Shown here piece by piece: positions 1 through 12,849 of a DNA stretch of 64,000 bases. A program made the translations under genes and the position numbers. The stretch comes from Saccostrea echinata (Eukaryota): NCBI RefSeq assembly GCF_033153115.1, contig NW_026889778.1, positions 37,758,001 to 37,822,000 on the forward strand, written 5' to 3'. Numbering within the stretch: position 1 is the stretch's first letter; every line of letters begins with the position of its first letter. The notes under the pieces are model-generated. The model was given only the letters and a program-made list of their open reading frames with translations. It made no database searches and was not told the DNA's origin.

Positions 1-1769
1 ATAAAACCAACTAATTGAGACACTCGGATGTTTCACAGCACTTTATGAAATCAGGTATGTTACTCCTAGGGTCGAGTGTAGAAGAAATCTATTGTAAAGA
101 AAACATTTGATTCTGACAACTTGGTTATTATTTTTGTAGGTAATTTTCAATCAGTAGAAATATTTTCGAATTTAAAAAGAAATAAGAAATATTTTCAAAA
201 TGTTCCAGAAATAAACCCTTTCTTTGAACCTAAAATCAGTGAGTTGGATTAAAAAATGTGAAAGTGAATCTTGTGTTTTAAACAGTATAATCTCAATGTT
301 GCTTGTAAAGAAAATCCTGCGTGATTTAGAGTTATTCGTTGTTTAGTAAATATCTGATATATGGCTAAAAATATTCAATTCTGAAAATATTGCAGTAAAT
401 TGGACGTTTTGTAGTTATATAATTTTCAAATTGATTAATACGCTATTTATCATGTATTGAACAACTATCAGAAAGACTGTCCGTCTGAAGTATTGAAAAA
501 ATTCTACTTCAAGAATACAAAACAGGTCGGCTAATTAAGAGATACAATTAGTGCCCATCTGATTTTCAACAGATTATTGGAATCTATGATCTGATCTTGA
601 AAGACTACATAGATATTATTAATGAGAAACTCTAGCACCTTCTTGATATCAACTTCAAAGTAATTTTGTAAGTGATCAAACACAAGAAGCTGTTGTCCAT
701 GATATCAAAAAGTCTGGTCTTTAATTTATCGTGAGGAATGGATGTATAAAGCGTCGAACATTAATATTCATACGGTTCAATGTAATTGATTTTAGTAAAT
801 ATATAGTATTTCAAATTTTCGAAGAATTCTTTTGAGATTTTGAGAATACAAATTGTATTAACATCTCTCATTAAATAATTAAATAAGTTGCAGCTATATA
901 ATATTTTTTACAGAGTAGGACAGAGGCTTGGTAAAATATTTACCGGACCCTTATTGAAGATTTGTACAGAAATCAAATTAACTTTCATTGCCTACAATAT
1001 TAAAATTATTTACATGTAAAACTGAAAGGTTATTTTAAAGCATTTCGTCTTTAGACAGAAAAGTGTAAATATAATGGGATTACCATGTATTGAATCAATG
1101 CTTCAAATATGCAGTCTAAAAATTTTGATATTAAAATTCTAAATCATTTCCTACTTAGTATATTCTTTATTTTCCATACCTTAAATTACATTTAACTTAT
1201 TTTTACACATATTTTGTCAAACGTGTACATCCGATTCCTGGTGTCCCAGAGATTCTTCCTTTGCTAAAATAAGATTTCCATTTATGTTGACAATGCGTTT
1301 AGTACCTTGATAAACCATTTGTAATATCTACAGCTGTAATTGAAAATAAAAGAAGTTTACCCTCTCCCTTACTTATTTCGTCTATAGGAGCCCAATGACG
1401 AATTCTAGATCTATTTCTCGCATGAAAAATATTTCCATAATTGCTGGTGCTTATTTGTACATACATATAGGATGTTATTCAAATAATAAATATAAGAGAA
1501 ATAACAAATTCTGTACGAATGTCACTGTTTTCTTTGATAACTATGAAAAATCATGGTGTTGCAGGTAAATGTTTTTTTCTGATAAAGATTTTGTAAATGC
1601 ATTTTATTACCCTCTTTCTTGGTACTAGATATAATTAATAAAAATCCATTCTTCCCATTACTTTATTCGTATTATTGAAATATGTAGTGTGTAAAAGTCG
1701 GAGATAACAAACAGAGATTGGTCACTTATAAATACAGTTGACGAAACGAATCTTTATCAGAGCAAAAAC

Positions 1770-1870
1770 ACGAACCTGAAACACCAGAGGCGGGATCAGG
1801 TGCCCAGGAGGAGTAAGCATTCCCTGTGGACTGGTCACACCCGTTGTGAGCCCTATGTATTGATCAGCTA
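1770..1870 (-). repeat. Fragment of an interspersed repeat, probably the end of a Penelope-like/RT element; second copy at ~12950-13085 on +
   Basis: gaggcgggatcaggtgcccaggaggagtaagcattccctg is the near reverse complement of cagggatgcttactcctccatggcacctgattccacctc at ~12958. Confidence 0.5.
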
Positions 1871-4389
1871 GGAGTAATCCGTAGTAAAATTTAGCATAAA
1901 AACAATGACCTATCTAGAAAAAAAGTATTTTCATGGCTTTCGATTTGTAATTATGTATATAATAACTTGGACATCCGTATTCAATTTAATTTAGTATAAT
2001 TTTAAAGGAAAAGTCAAGAACATTGGCATGTAAATAATCCTTATTCTAAGGGACTGCAGGCAATATTATCAGAATAAAAAAGCCCAGATGTAAAATTAGT
2101 TTTCTTCAATATTTATTGCAAATGACGGTTAAAACATATTTTAATTGCCCTTACCTAAAGGTTATGCCCAATACACTGTAACTAAACCAAGGTGTAATTT
2201 TGATTTTTACATGCATGATCATATCATTATTGGGGTATTATTCCCTCATATTTGATATTCCTTAGACCCTATTATTCACTGGTCCTTTATTGTAAGTAAA
2301 TATACATTTCTCATGTCAAAACCGTTAAATAATGTTTTTATCTAAATTTATTTATTTCTAAATTTAAGAGTTGTTTGTAAAATTATATCATTACCAGTAT
2401 TATATCACTCTTTTCTATTATAATTTCTCTGTAAAGTCCCCCTAAAAATTCGTTAAGTGTGAAATGTTTAAACGATAATACTTTGAAAAAAAAATACACA
2501 AGCTATACTTTAGAGTACCATATATAATCATGAGCTGAAGCACTTATAATTTAGATTAACTTTGATTTCACCTTAAAAACCTTATTAAAAAATGGGTTGG
2601 AAACATGAATTGAAAATTCTACCTTTACTTTAAATACGTGAAATTAATGAAATAAATGTTTATATATCTGTGTTTAACTAAAAAATTCAGTACAGATAAT
2701 TATTGTACCAAAAAAATCTAGGTCCATCTTTCGTTGGTTGAGATAAATTTAGAGAGACATACCTTAAATGTCTTGATCTGTATCCTGATGCAAAATGACA
2801 AACCCTCAATTTTGCCGAACCGGCGTTAAACAATAACAATCAATCTTCCGTTTCTCTTTTTCTCTTTGGAACCAGGAATGGCTTCCGTTTTTTAATGATA
2901 ATAAAAATAGTCGGGTAGTCGCAAATGAAAAGTTCTTTTCACTGGAGAAAATATACATTTTAGTATTCAATTATGTTCTTCATGAAGGATATCAAAAAAC
3001 TAAGGTTGTTATCCTTGACAAAATCTGTCAAATGATCTGATTTAGTTAATGAAAAACAATGCTTTTACACGTTCCTAGACCGATGTAATTTCACCTAACA
3101 CTACGACTAGTTATATTACAGTGTTTTTCTCTCGCGATTATATAATAAGAATTATTATTCTTTTTTTATTTTTTTAAATTTAACTTTAATAAAGGGAAAG
3201 GATGTCAAGAATTTTGTTGAACTTTTTTTTCAGTGAAAATATCATTTACAGAAATTCGATTTAAAAAAGCAAAATGAATCAAAACTTTGTCGAAATAATC
3301 TTTTTCTATTTTCATGCCCTAAGGCGAGCTCCGACACTCTGCGCCTCTGTCGCCAAAAAACTATACTTTGCACACTTTCAACATATATACATGTACACTG
3401 TACATAATACAAAAGTTTCACATTTGTTTCTTAAAGAGTTCTACAAAATTTTCTCCGCCAAAAGGGTCATTAAATAACTAAACAATAATAATATCAGGTA
3501 CTTGGCAAAAATTCAGAACTTAAATTATTGCAAAGAAATTTCTTCAATATCAGAAAATCAAGTAACGTTCTTTCAGTGACAAACATTTACTTGGGGATGT
3601 GATATATGAGAAAATGCATGAAAAAAAAAAATCTGGGGAAAAGAAACAATTACATGTATTTTGCTTTCAGGCCTCCGTTGAGTTATAACACACACAAAAA
3701 AAATCCTATGCAGCGAGAATTGTATTGGGAAAGACATATTTTCCAGACATAAAATGTTTGGAACTAGAGAACCAGAAAATTATTTTTCATAGTGGATATA
3801 TTCTGTATCCATGTACTTTATTTAAAAGACAATATCTTCTTAAATATTGCAATTATTGCAAAAAATGACCTTTCCTAAACTTAACCGGAATGAAGGAAGG
3901 ATGAGCATGCATTGTCGAGAAGGTTTTCTCTGAGGGTTATCTTTTTTTTAACGAGTGGAAATTACACTATGCAGTCACTTCTCTGTTGAAGATCTACTTT
4001 ATCTAGTTCTTTCGGAACTTTTTTTTTTGCATTTTTTCGGGATGGGTAGTTGCTGCAATGAAAAGTTTCTATAAAACACCAGTGTCTTATCTCTATACTA
4101 AACCTCAACCACAAATTCTAAGTATTCTCAATATTCTCAATAAGAGAAAAAAGTTTTTTTCATTGGTCATAACATATACTTTAGTAGTTCCTCTTTTTTG
4201 AATTTTCTTCCCTAAAAAAGGACATGTCCATTCCTTTAAACAATATATTACTTAGTGGAAATTATTGATAAAATTAGCTCAATGGCTCTAGTGGGGTTGA
4301 AATGGTAAAAATAGAACGGACGATAGACCTAACGGAACTCAAACGGACGCAGCTAATTTTAGAAGTTCAGATGAGCTAAACATCTTTTT

Positions 4390-4427
<38 letters not shown>

Positions 4428-5312
4428 AACTAAAAACGTGCAGGACAACAGTTAGTCAAATTGATATAAAAAGCTAGAGAGACTGGCGCATATGTTTCAT
4501 ATTTTGATAGTTCATTAGATGTAGATATCGATGGCATAGTAATATCTAAAATCTTTATCATAGACAAGATTCCTTCTAACTTTTTATCGACCATATTTTT
4601 TTATCTCCCATTTCATAAGATACTCAATGCATGTTCTGTGTTTAACCACTTTCTTACTATAGGCAGACTACTGATAAATAAGCAGGTGTTAAGGAGTATC
4701 AGCAATCTTGTCAATCTTTAACAATTTAATTTAGCTCGCGTGGTTGTAAACGTTTTTAAAATTGGCCGAAAATATACCATGAAAATAAGATATATGAATC
4801 CCCTATTTTTGTTATACATTTTTTGAAAATTTAATAAAATTTGTCTGCATCTTTTTTTGTCATTAAATCCTAAACATGCAATTGTCGTAACATATTTTCG
4901 ACCTTTTTTCTATTGAATTCTAGAAGGGAAAAGTCATTTTTGACTTGTTTTCATGCAAGATTTCGTTTCAAAAAAAGTCAATAACTTCTAAATGGTGCAG
5001 ACGAAATTGTTACCCCTTTGGTAACCTAGAACAGAGATGATTTCAAATAAATCTATTTGAAAAAAATTAATATGTCTTTTGGGTTAGTTTTCTCGTAATT
5101 TAAATACGATAATTACTTTTACATCGCAAAATGTAACATTTTTTTTTTAGAATGACGCTGTGAATATAAGACAGACTCACGCTGCAACAATCTCACTTTA
5201 GCCTTAAGTTCCTTGACATTTCCTTGACATTTAAAAGTTTAATACATGTAGTGACATCAATGTCTCTATAAATATCTGCACACAAATGTCACCTGTGTCT
5301 ATTATTAGATTA

Positions 5313-6321
5313 CTACGCGGGTATGTTAAGGCTACACCCAGAGATATCCTACTTGCCTTTACATTATGACGTCATAGTAAGCTGTATGACGTGAACTTTA
5401 GAAATAATGATTTCTTAATATCTATATTTAAAGTTTAATTTCAGGTCAAAGAAATGAATGGAATCATTCAATACATAATATAAACTAAATCTTGTCGTTT
5501 TGGGGTGGTAAAAATATCTAAGTATTTAGTACGGGGGTTAAATACCAAACCCATGACGTCATAACTATTGATCAAATATTTGCCGAGTGAAATTAAACGT
5601 GACGAGAATTCATGTAAACAAATAGATGAAATGGGAATTTTAAAGCATATACCGTGAATGTTATGTGTGATTCATAAGGAATTAAAGATTAAGAATCAGG
5701 TACGCTGATATATTCTTATCATGTTTTCTGATAAAGAACACAGGCAGTGCTTTGAAATCCTGATCAGTCTTTCCGCTGTCGTTCTATTACAACAAAGATA
5801 CAAAAGTTCAACACTATGCCACATACTTTGAAACAAAATTTTTGTTTGTATCGAAAGCTTGTATTCTATAGTACTTGGAAAGTGCTGCTAGAATCGTGTG
5901 GTTAACATAAATTGATGACAATTCCTTGATCGTATGAATAAAATGTGAAAATTTTGAGAAGGTTTCATGTGAAACTTTGGAATATTTTTTTCTGTGTCGG
6001 GAGAGTAGGATTCTAGCAGCACTTTTCATGGCTCAGTGATGTTTTTACATAATTATTTTCACTAAAAGAAATGAATTAGAACCGGGGTAGTGTTGAACTT
6101 TTCACTTTTTCATTAAGGCAATTTTTCTATTTATAGACGTCACGTGATGACGTCGTAGTGGAGTGCTTCTTCTAGCCTAAGACTCAATGACGTCTATACA
6201 AGGGATAATAATAGTAAATGTTTTATCTATGACTTTTCCGATTTATCAATGTTAGATTTTACGAAAAAAGTCTAAATTCGCCGAAATATGATCTGTGTAC
6301 TGCCTTAACATACCTGCGTAG
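5313..6321. mobile_element. Non-autonomous TIR DNA transposon
   Basis: Inverted ends ctacgcgggtatgttaaggc / gccttaacatacctgcgtag flanked by TA; tgacgtc motifs in both arms; no transposase ORF. Confidence 0.7.
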
Positions 6322-6775
6322 TATTACGTAAGCTGTTATGCACAATATTGCTTGGTCTTGATAATCTCTGAACCCAATACAGAGAGCTTGAAATGTTTTC
6401 ATGTCTACTTTTATTTAGACAGGAGTTTGACATAGAATGCTTTTGTACCTCTACTCAGATCGCAGGTTCTAGATAGAATTTACTTATGTTTGCTTTTGAA
6501 AAGACACAGATATTTTTATGACGGTAGCTGAGTCCGAGAAATGAATACTTTCAAACTTGAGGATACTTTCAGGCTCAAACATGCTTTGTTCTCATTTTTG
6601 TATTATAGTATTGGATTTTGAGCTTTATCGTCCCTGAACTCTTTACATGTGATATTCAACAGCTGTCTATCTTTTCTTTAAAAAAAAAAGAACATAGTTT
6701 TTCAAGAGTTCCATATAATTCTTTAAGGGACGATTTGTATATCAGAGTTTTCCATAAAAAGAATGGAATATACTA

Positions 6776-7389
6776 AAGGGTGTTGAGAAAGTTCGTTCAA
6801 TAATGAAATATTTTTGAAAAATCCAAAGTATTGTTTAACTGAAGGGATTAATTTTCCTGTTTGACAAAATCACAAGATTGTGCTTTCGGTTTATAGCAAT
6901 TAATTTTAAGCAAGAATTTATAGGATTTTTTTTCCGTATGAAAATATATAAACATCTTTAAGACACCCAAATCACAGAACTGCTGGTCATTTTTTGTGAA
7001 AATGTAGGATTGTTTGCTTTTTTTTCACAGCCTAGTGAGACTAGGTAAAAGAAAGAGCAGCCACTTTCCAAAAGAATAGTTTTGTCATGTTGGAATTCTA
7101 TATTGACTTAATAAATTTTGCATAGGTATTTGAAAAGATATATTGATCTGTATGCTTACGATATTACACAAATATGCTGCACCCCTGATTTTTCTGCACA
7201 GATATCATCTCTTTCAATACCTTCAATACCTGGCTTACCCATTTCTTTTCAACAAAACACAGCTAAAACCTTATCAGTAGCAAGAATGGACTCTGTGAAC
7301 ATGAAATATCACAAATTTAAAAAAATCTTCTCATTGTATTTCTTTTCCAGGATGAAAGAAAATGTGGAATGAACTTTCTTAGCACCCTT
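6776..7389. mobile_element. Tc1/mariner-like MITE
   Basis: TIRs aagggtgttgagaaagttc / gaactttcttagcaccctt, TA-flanked. Confidence 0.6.
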
Positions 7390-8212
7390 TACTTTCTGCA
7401 TTCTAAAAAAAAATCATGATTTGTTGATAACCTATGAATATAAATTCCTTTTACACAGAGAGTAACATCAATTAGGTACATATATATAGGTTTAATCTTT
7501 TGCATGTAATGCTGTGGTGAAACAAAAGTAATAACATTGATTCCCTGACTAATATTTCATTAAAACATTAAAATGATTTCTGTTCTTTTAAGTTTCTGCG
7601 AAATTGAAAGAAATAATGATAAATATTGACATTGATGAGAAAAAAACATAACGCATACATGTATGTGTTAAAAAGTTACAAATCAGTTCCCTATTTAACC
7701 TTTTTTTAGCTGTTTCCTTGGTTAACACAAAGAATGCATTTAGAACTTTGGAAATTCATCTCTTCTGGTTCAAAAAGACCAGCATCTTTTAAGTTTCTTG
7801 TGCTTCGCATTTCCAATATTTTCTAGATACTGGACAAAACGAATCCGGAATAACACAAAGACAACTGATATACAAACCAACAATGACAAGACATTGATTT
7901 TTCTCAATTACATTAACATTAGACATCGTACATTAGATTTCTAGTGCACAAGTATGGAAACAACGAAATTCAATGTGCATAAAGATTTCATTCTTTCGTT
8001 CATTAAAATCAACTTTTACATATATACAAACCCCAGAAGAAATTCTGTAAGCCAGGCTGTGGTGTGGTCGAAAGATAACTAGTAGAGTGAATATTTTTTT
8101 AGTTAAACTTACGTCCGTGACAAAGCATCTTTTTTAATGACGCTACTCATCTTTTCACAATCTCAGCATATTTATAAATAGGGAAATATATCAAAATTGG
8201 AAATTTTGACCT

Positions 8213-9283
8213 CTATACTTTTCTACCGCATAGTTTAATTGCTTCTACCTTGAAATGTGTATCAGTAAAAAAGTAAACAAATGGATTCAAAATCCCATTA
8301 ATGACTACAATATCTGGCAGGTATTCTTCAAAGATGTCTTCCATTTTAGAAAATTGTTGTCGTGGATAGAAATATCTTTTGGTGGCTTGGATAGTCTGAA
8401 ACAATGTGATTGTAACGAAGCTGGCTACCAAGAAAACAGTTACAAAAGCAAATGTTATCGCTATTCGTCTATTCTTTTCTTCCTCTGAATCTGTAGCCCG
8501 TCTCTTTGACTCTGGTTGATTCGCTTTCTCTTTTTGAACACTCTTTCCATCCAGTGTTCTGATGCCGCATTCTTCTTGTTCTTCTCCGGTACTGAGTTCT
8601 TTAGCCTTGCTTTTCATCTGCCTTTTTGTTATGGCTTTCTTAACAAGAGCATTTCGTATTTTAACTTGAAATATAACTACAAGTATAATACAAGTGAACG
8701 CAGCCACGAATACGAAAGCATAATATAGGAATGTTAAAACATTTCCATCATATTCGTTTTTTACATTGCACCGAGTAGCATTAATGTTTTCTACTTGTAC
8801 ATATCTTTTTCCATGAATCAAATAGACTGGGAATTGTATGAAAAAACCAATACAAATAACACTTAAACACATCACCTTAGATTGTTTCGTTGTAATTTGT
8901 GATTTGAAAGGTGTGCAAATTTTTCTGTATCTTTCGAAACTGATAAAAAAAGCAATCAGAAGAGAAGCCATCCCTACAGAGTTACCAAGATAGTGAGACA
9001 CCTTACATATCAAATCGCTCCCCCAGGCCACTTGATTGTAAACCGATATCATTCTGCTCATTTCTTTTGGAATGTGAGAAATACATAGAGAGAGATCGAC
9101 TACAGAAAGAAAAAGGACGAAGATCCTGTAATTTGAGGCTTGAGCAGTACGTGTTCGAAAGATATGTATAATTACACCATTGCCAACTATTCCTATGATG
9201 TTGAGAATGTAAGATATAGCTCCCAGTGGGGCTCTTTCTATTCTCCCTTCTACATTGTAATCCAGTGGTGGCTCATTTACCAT
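8213..9283 (-). CDS. Class A (rhodopsin-like) GPCR, orphan peptide-receptor-like, intronless CDS, 356 aa
   Basis: Seven hydrophobic segments; TM1 GN (GIVGNG), TM2 LSVVD, TM3 Cys and ERYRKICTP, ECL2 Cys, TM7 NPFVY. Start taken at ATG 9283; the upstream ORF part crosses a polypyrimidine-AG acceptor at ~9316 (5' UTR intron). Confidence 0.92.
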   Translation of the reverse strand: MVNEPPLDYNVEGRIERAPLGAISYILNIIGIVGNGVIIHIFRTRTAQASNYRIFVLFLSVVDLSLCISHIPKEMSRMISVYNQVAWGSDLICKVSHYLGNSVGMASLLIAFFISFERYRKICTPFKSQITTKQSKVMCLSVICIGFFIQFPVYLIHGKRYVQVENINATRCNVKNEYDGNVLTFLYYAFVFVAAFTCIILVVIFQVKIRNALVKKAITKRQMKSKAKELSTGEEQEECGIRTLDGKSVQKEKANQPESKRRATDSEEEKNRRIAITFAFVTVFLVASFVTITLFQTIQATKRYFYPRQQFSKMEDIFEEYLPDIVVINGILNPFVYFFTDTHFKVEAIKLCGRKV

Positions 9284-10237
9284 TCTGAACAATAATTTCG
9301 AGAAATGGAGATATCTGGAAAAATAAAAAAAAAATACTTGGAATGATGAATTGCAAATGATTAAAAGCATACCTTAAAATATTATATAAATATTAGTTTA
9401 GCATTGTTTCTGATATGTTTATATTGGCAATTTTATCTGGAATAGGAAGTTCTGCAGTTTTAACATATTTAAAGTTATCTACAAACTTTTTTGCATATCT
9501 TCAACAACTATCTGACATATTCTCCAATACTATCTTATATTTACCCTAAAACCTCATACAAAATGACGGTGTAAGTACTGATAAATTCATAAGTTTATCC
9601 TGAGTATTCAAATATTATTATAATTGTTACCCCTGATTGTTGAAGATGAATGGAATAAAATTCTACTTCGAAAAATGAACAGTTATTTTCTTATTTTTTG
9701 GCCACATTCCTCTGTTTGTCATGCAACAAATCTATTGAAAGTTTTACCCAGTGTCTTTTAAACGAGTACACGCATCTCAAGGGCGATACATAATGGGTAT
9801 TCCATGAGGAGGTGATGCATAGATCCGCCTGCTTTTCATATGGATATAGAAAAATTATTTATATGATATCTCCAATTTTGTTAAGGATAATCACCATGAG
9901 GATTCCAACAGATTCTTTGAAGGCTTTATCTTCAAAGACTAAATTGATATTGTCAATATGGAACTCAAGCATCTTTTAATATTAAGTTCAAAGTACTTGT
10001 GCGAAGGAGCAGAATGATTCTTAAGAAAGTCATTTTGAAAATGACCATCGATATGATGTGCAAATTTCCGAATTTCACTTTTTATTGAAGAAGCAATTGT
10101 TTACGGCGTCATAAAGCTAATTATCTCTAGGAATGGTTTTATAAACTGTGTGATATCATACATTTTGATGTTTGTGATTTTGGATTCAAATAAATTGAAA
10201 AATTCTCTAAGTTGTTTTCTTAGAGTTGTTCGAATGT

Positions 10238-10465
10238 CTGTTTGTTTGTTTGTTTGTATGCTGTTTAACGTCCCTCTCGAGATTTTTTCACTCATATGGA
10301 GACGCCACCACTTGCCGGTGGAGAGCTGCAAATTTTGTCCTATACTCGGCACTTACGGCCATTGAGCAGTGAGGGATCTTTTTCGTGCCAGCACCTACTG
10401 CGACACGGGACCTCGGTTTATACGGTCTCATCCGAAGGACCGGTCTCCACGTCCCACAGTGGGAT
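10238..10465 (-). mobile_element. SINE, 5'-truncated, Deu/Nin-type core with (AAAC)n tail
   Basis: Minus strand cttcggatgagaccgtataaaccgaggtcc resembles the Deu/Nin SINE core; highly similar to the copy at 16790-17092. Confidence 0.75.
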
Positions 10466-12657
10466 TTTTTCGAATGTAAAATGCTGTCTGTTTTTAACAT
10501 TATTTTTACGAGGCTTTGGATCGATTACAGATCCAGATTACAGCAAAAAATCTTCTAATGCAATGAAAAGTATTCATTTCTTAGAAAGTTATTATAATGA
10601 TTTTTCAATAAATGAAATTATACATGTATGGAAAAAAGTGCTTTAGAAATACGTAAGAATTGAGAAATGACACAAGGAATTTCTGGCGTCACGATGAAAA
10701 AGTATAAATTCATGTACGGACACAATAAAAAAAAATCAGTTCTATTCAAATGAATGTGCTACTCATATAAAAATACGACGTTTCTATTATCACTGTCAAA
10801 TTGAGTGTAGTCAAATATGATTGGTGGCTTCGTTTCAGCCCTTGCAATAGTTTTGAAAGTATTCCTGTAATAGTGTTTTGGTTAAATAACAGGAAGTAGT
10901 ATTTCACACAACACATTACATTTTTCTTTATAATAAAAAAATGTCTTTTTTTTCAGATAACAATATTGAGAACCACATTCTTGGGAAATGATATTACATG
11001 TATATATTCCAAATTTTCCCACGTTCCTCTTTCTTTGTAAAGTTGCCCTAAACATCGATTAAATGTGGACCGTATAATAAATTAGCTCCAAAACTAATCC
11101 AACAATTCAAGCTATATTTTGAACTAGAATATATGAAACATACTCTGAAAATTTGTAAATATTTGTCTAGGTTTCAGTACATTTATGAATACCTACCACT
11201 CGCCTTAAAAGCTTGTTAAATGGTAGGGATAGAAAATAATAGAAAAAAAGTCTTCTTTTTTATTTCACATAAAAAAAATTATTGAATTCATGTGGATTTT
11301 GTTCAACAATTCAGTACAGATAAATAATTACACTTATTCAGGTCCGCCTTTACGCCTTAATTAAACTCCTATGCTGGGCCAATTTTAAGAGACTTACCTT
11401 ATATTCCTTGTTCTCTGATGAAATGCGAGAGACCCCTCTTCAGTGTATATATTCTTTGTAGAACTGGGAATGAATTCGGCACCTTTTTGTGATTATGATT
11501 AGGGAAGGTTGAATATTGATTCGAAAGTTCTTGCTAATGAGGAAATAAGGATAACAAATCAAATATATCTAGCTACTTTCGTAAAGGCCTAATATTCAAA
11601 TCAAAGATTTCCCTTCATATGCTTTGCCATGAAGGATAATTAAAACTAAGCTCGTTATTCTGGACAAAACCTGTCAATTAATCTGCTTTGGCCTAATAGG
11701 GATAATGAACTCTATACAATACGTTTCTAGACGTTAGTATCATGTAACAATTGGTCTTGTTATCGTCATATATGACGAGTTTCATGATTAATGAATTATA
11801 CGTTTGTTTGCTTCTTTATGCAACATGTTTTGTGGAAAAATATAATGTTCATATTAATGAGAAATAACATTTATAACAACGAAGCGGTGTATCCTATAGC
11901 AATGTCATTCATCTGTGTTTTATTTATTTATTGCTCAGTATCATAATATTTTTAACAAGATAACTTAATGAGCGTTTTGAATAATTGTACATACCACTTT
12001 TACAAACAGACTCTTACTAGCAATTACATACGGAATCATTCTTTATATAAAGATAACAGAAATTGGTTGGATTTTTTTTCCCTTCACTTCTTTATTTTTT
12101 TTTTCAATGCCTTAATATGTGTTACATTTCGGCTCTACTTTGACCAAAAAAATATGATTTGTAGTGACGAGTACTATTTTGAGATTAACCATCCGCTTAT
12201 CAATTAAGAAATGGTATCTTTTTTACACGTACCATGAGAAAAGTTTAATTTCTTATTGTACAAAATGCTGTATGTGTTTTTCCTCAAAGAGAAAAGATGA
12301 TATTTATCTACTCTGGGATATCACATTAAACATATGATCCAATATGGGAAATATATGTCCATTGTTATTATTTTTTAATTATGTCGTTTTAATTTTATTT
12401 AATTACAGTATCTTGGTAAATGTGGAATAGTTTCTCATGTTACTTTTTTATTTCTTATTCTTAACATGCATTTAGATGTTTGGTTTGTTTGTATTTTCTT
12501 TTTTTTTTATTGGAGAGGATATGTTGGTCTATTACTTTTCACAAATGCATGCATTCAACAATTGACTAACTTTTGACAAATATATTTTTATTTTTACTGA
12601 AATACAAACTATAAAAGACATGATAGCACTCAAATTAATGGCAAATTATTTACAATA

Positions 12658-12849
12658 CTGTGTACAGGGTTATTTTCGCCCCGTGGTATTTTCGCCCTTT
12701 CGCACTTGCAAACAATTTTTGCCCCGTTTTAAATTCGCCCAGTCACCGTTCTGTTTAAGAAATTATACTGTGAACTTTGAATTCGCCCAACTGTGATTAA
12801 GGCAAAAGGGACGAAAATAAAATGAAGGCAAAAATTTCCCGGAATACAG
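12658..12849. mobile_element. MITE with TA TSD and internal ttcgccc repeats
   Basis: ta|ctgtgtacaggg ... cccggaatacag|ta; repeated ttcgccc units. Confidence 0.6.

Noticed and set aside
10101-10646. Short ORFs here and at 16634-17099 that resemble each other
   Set aside because: Similarity comes from two SINE copies, not coding conservation.
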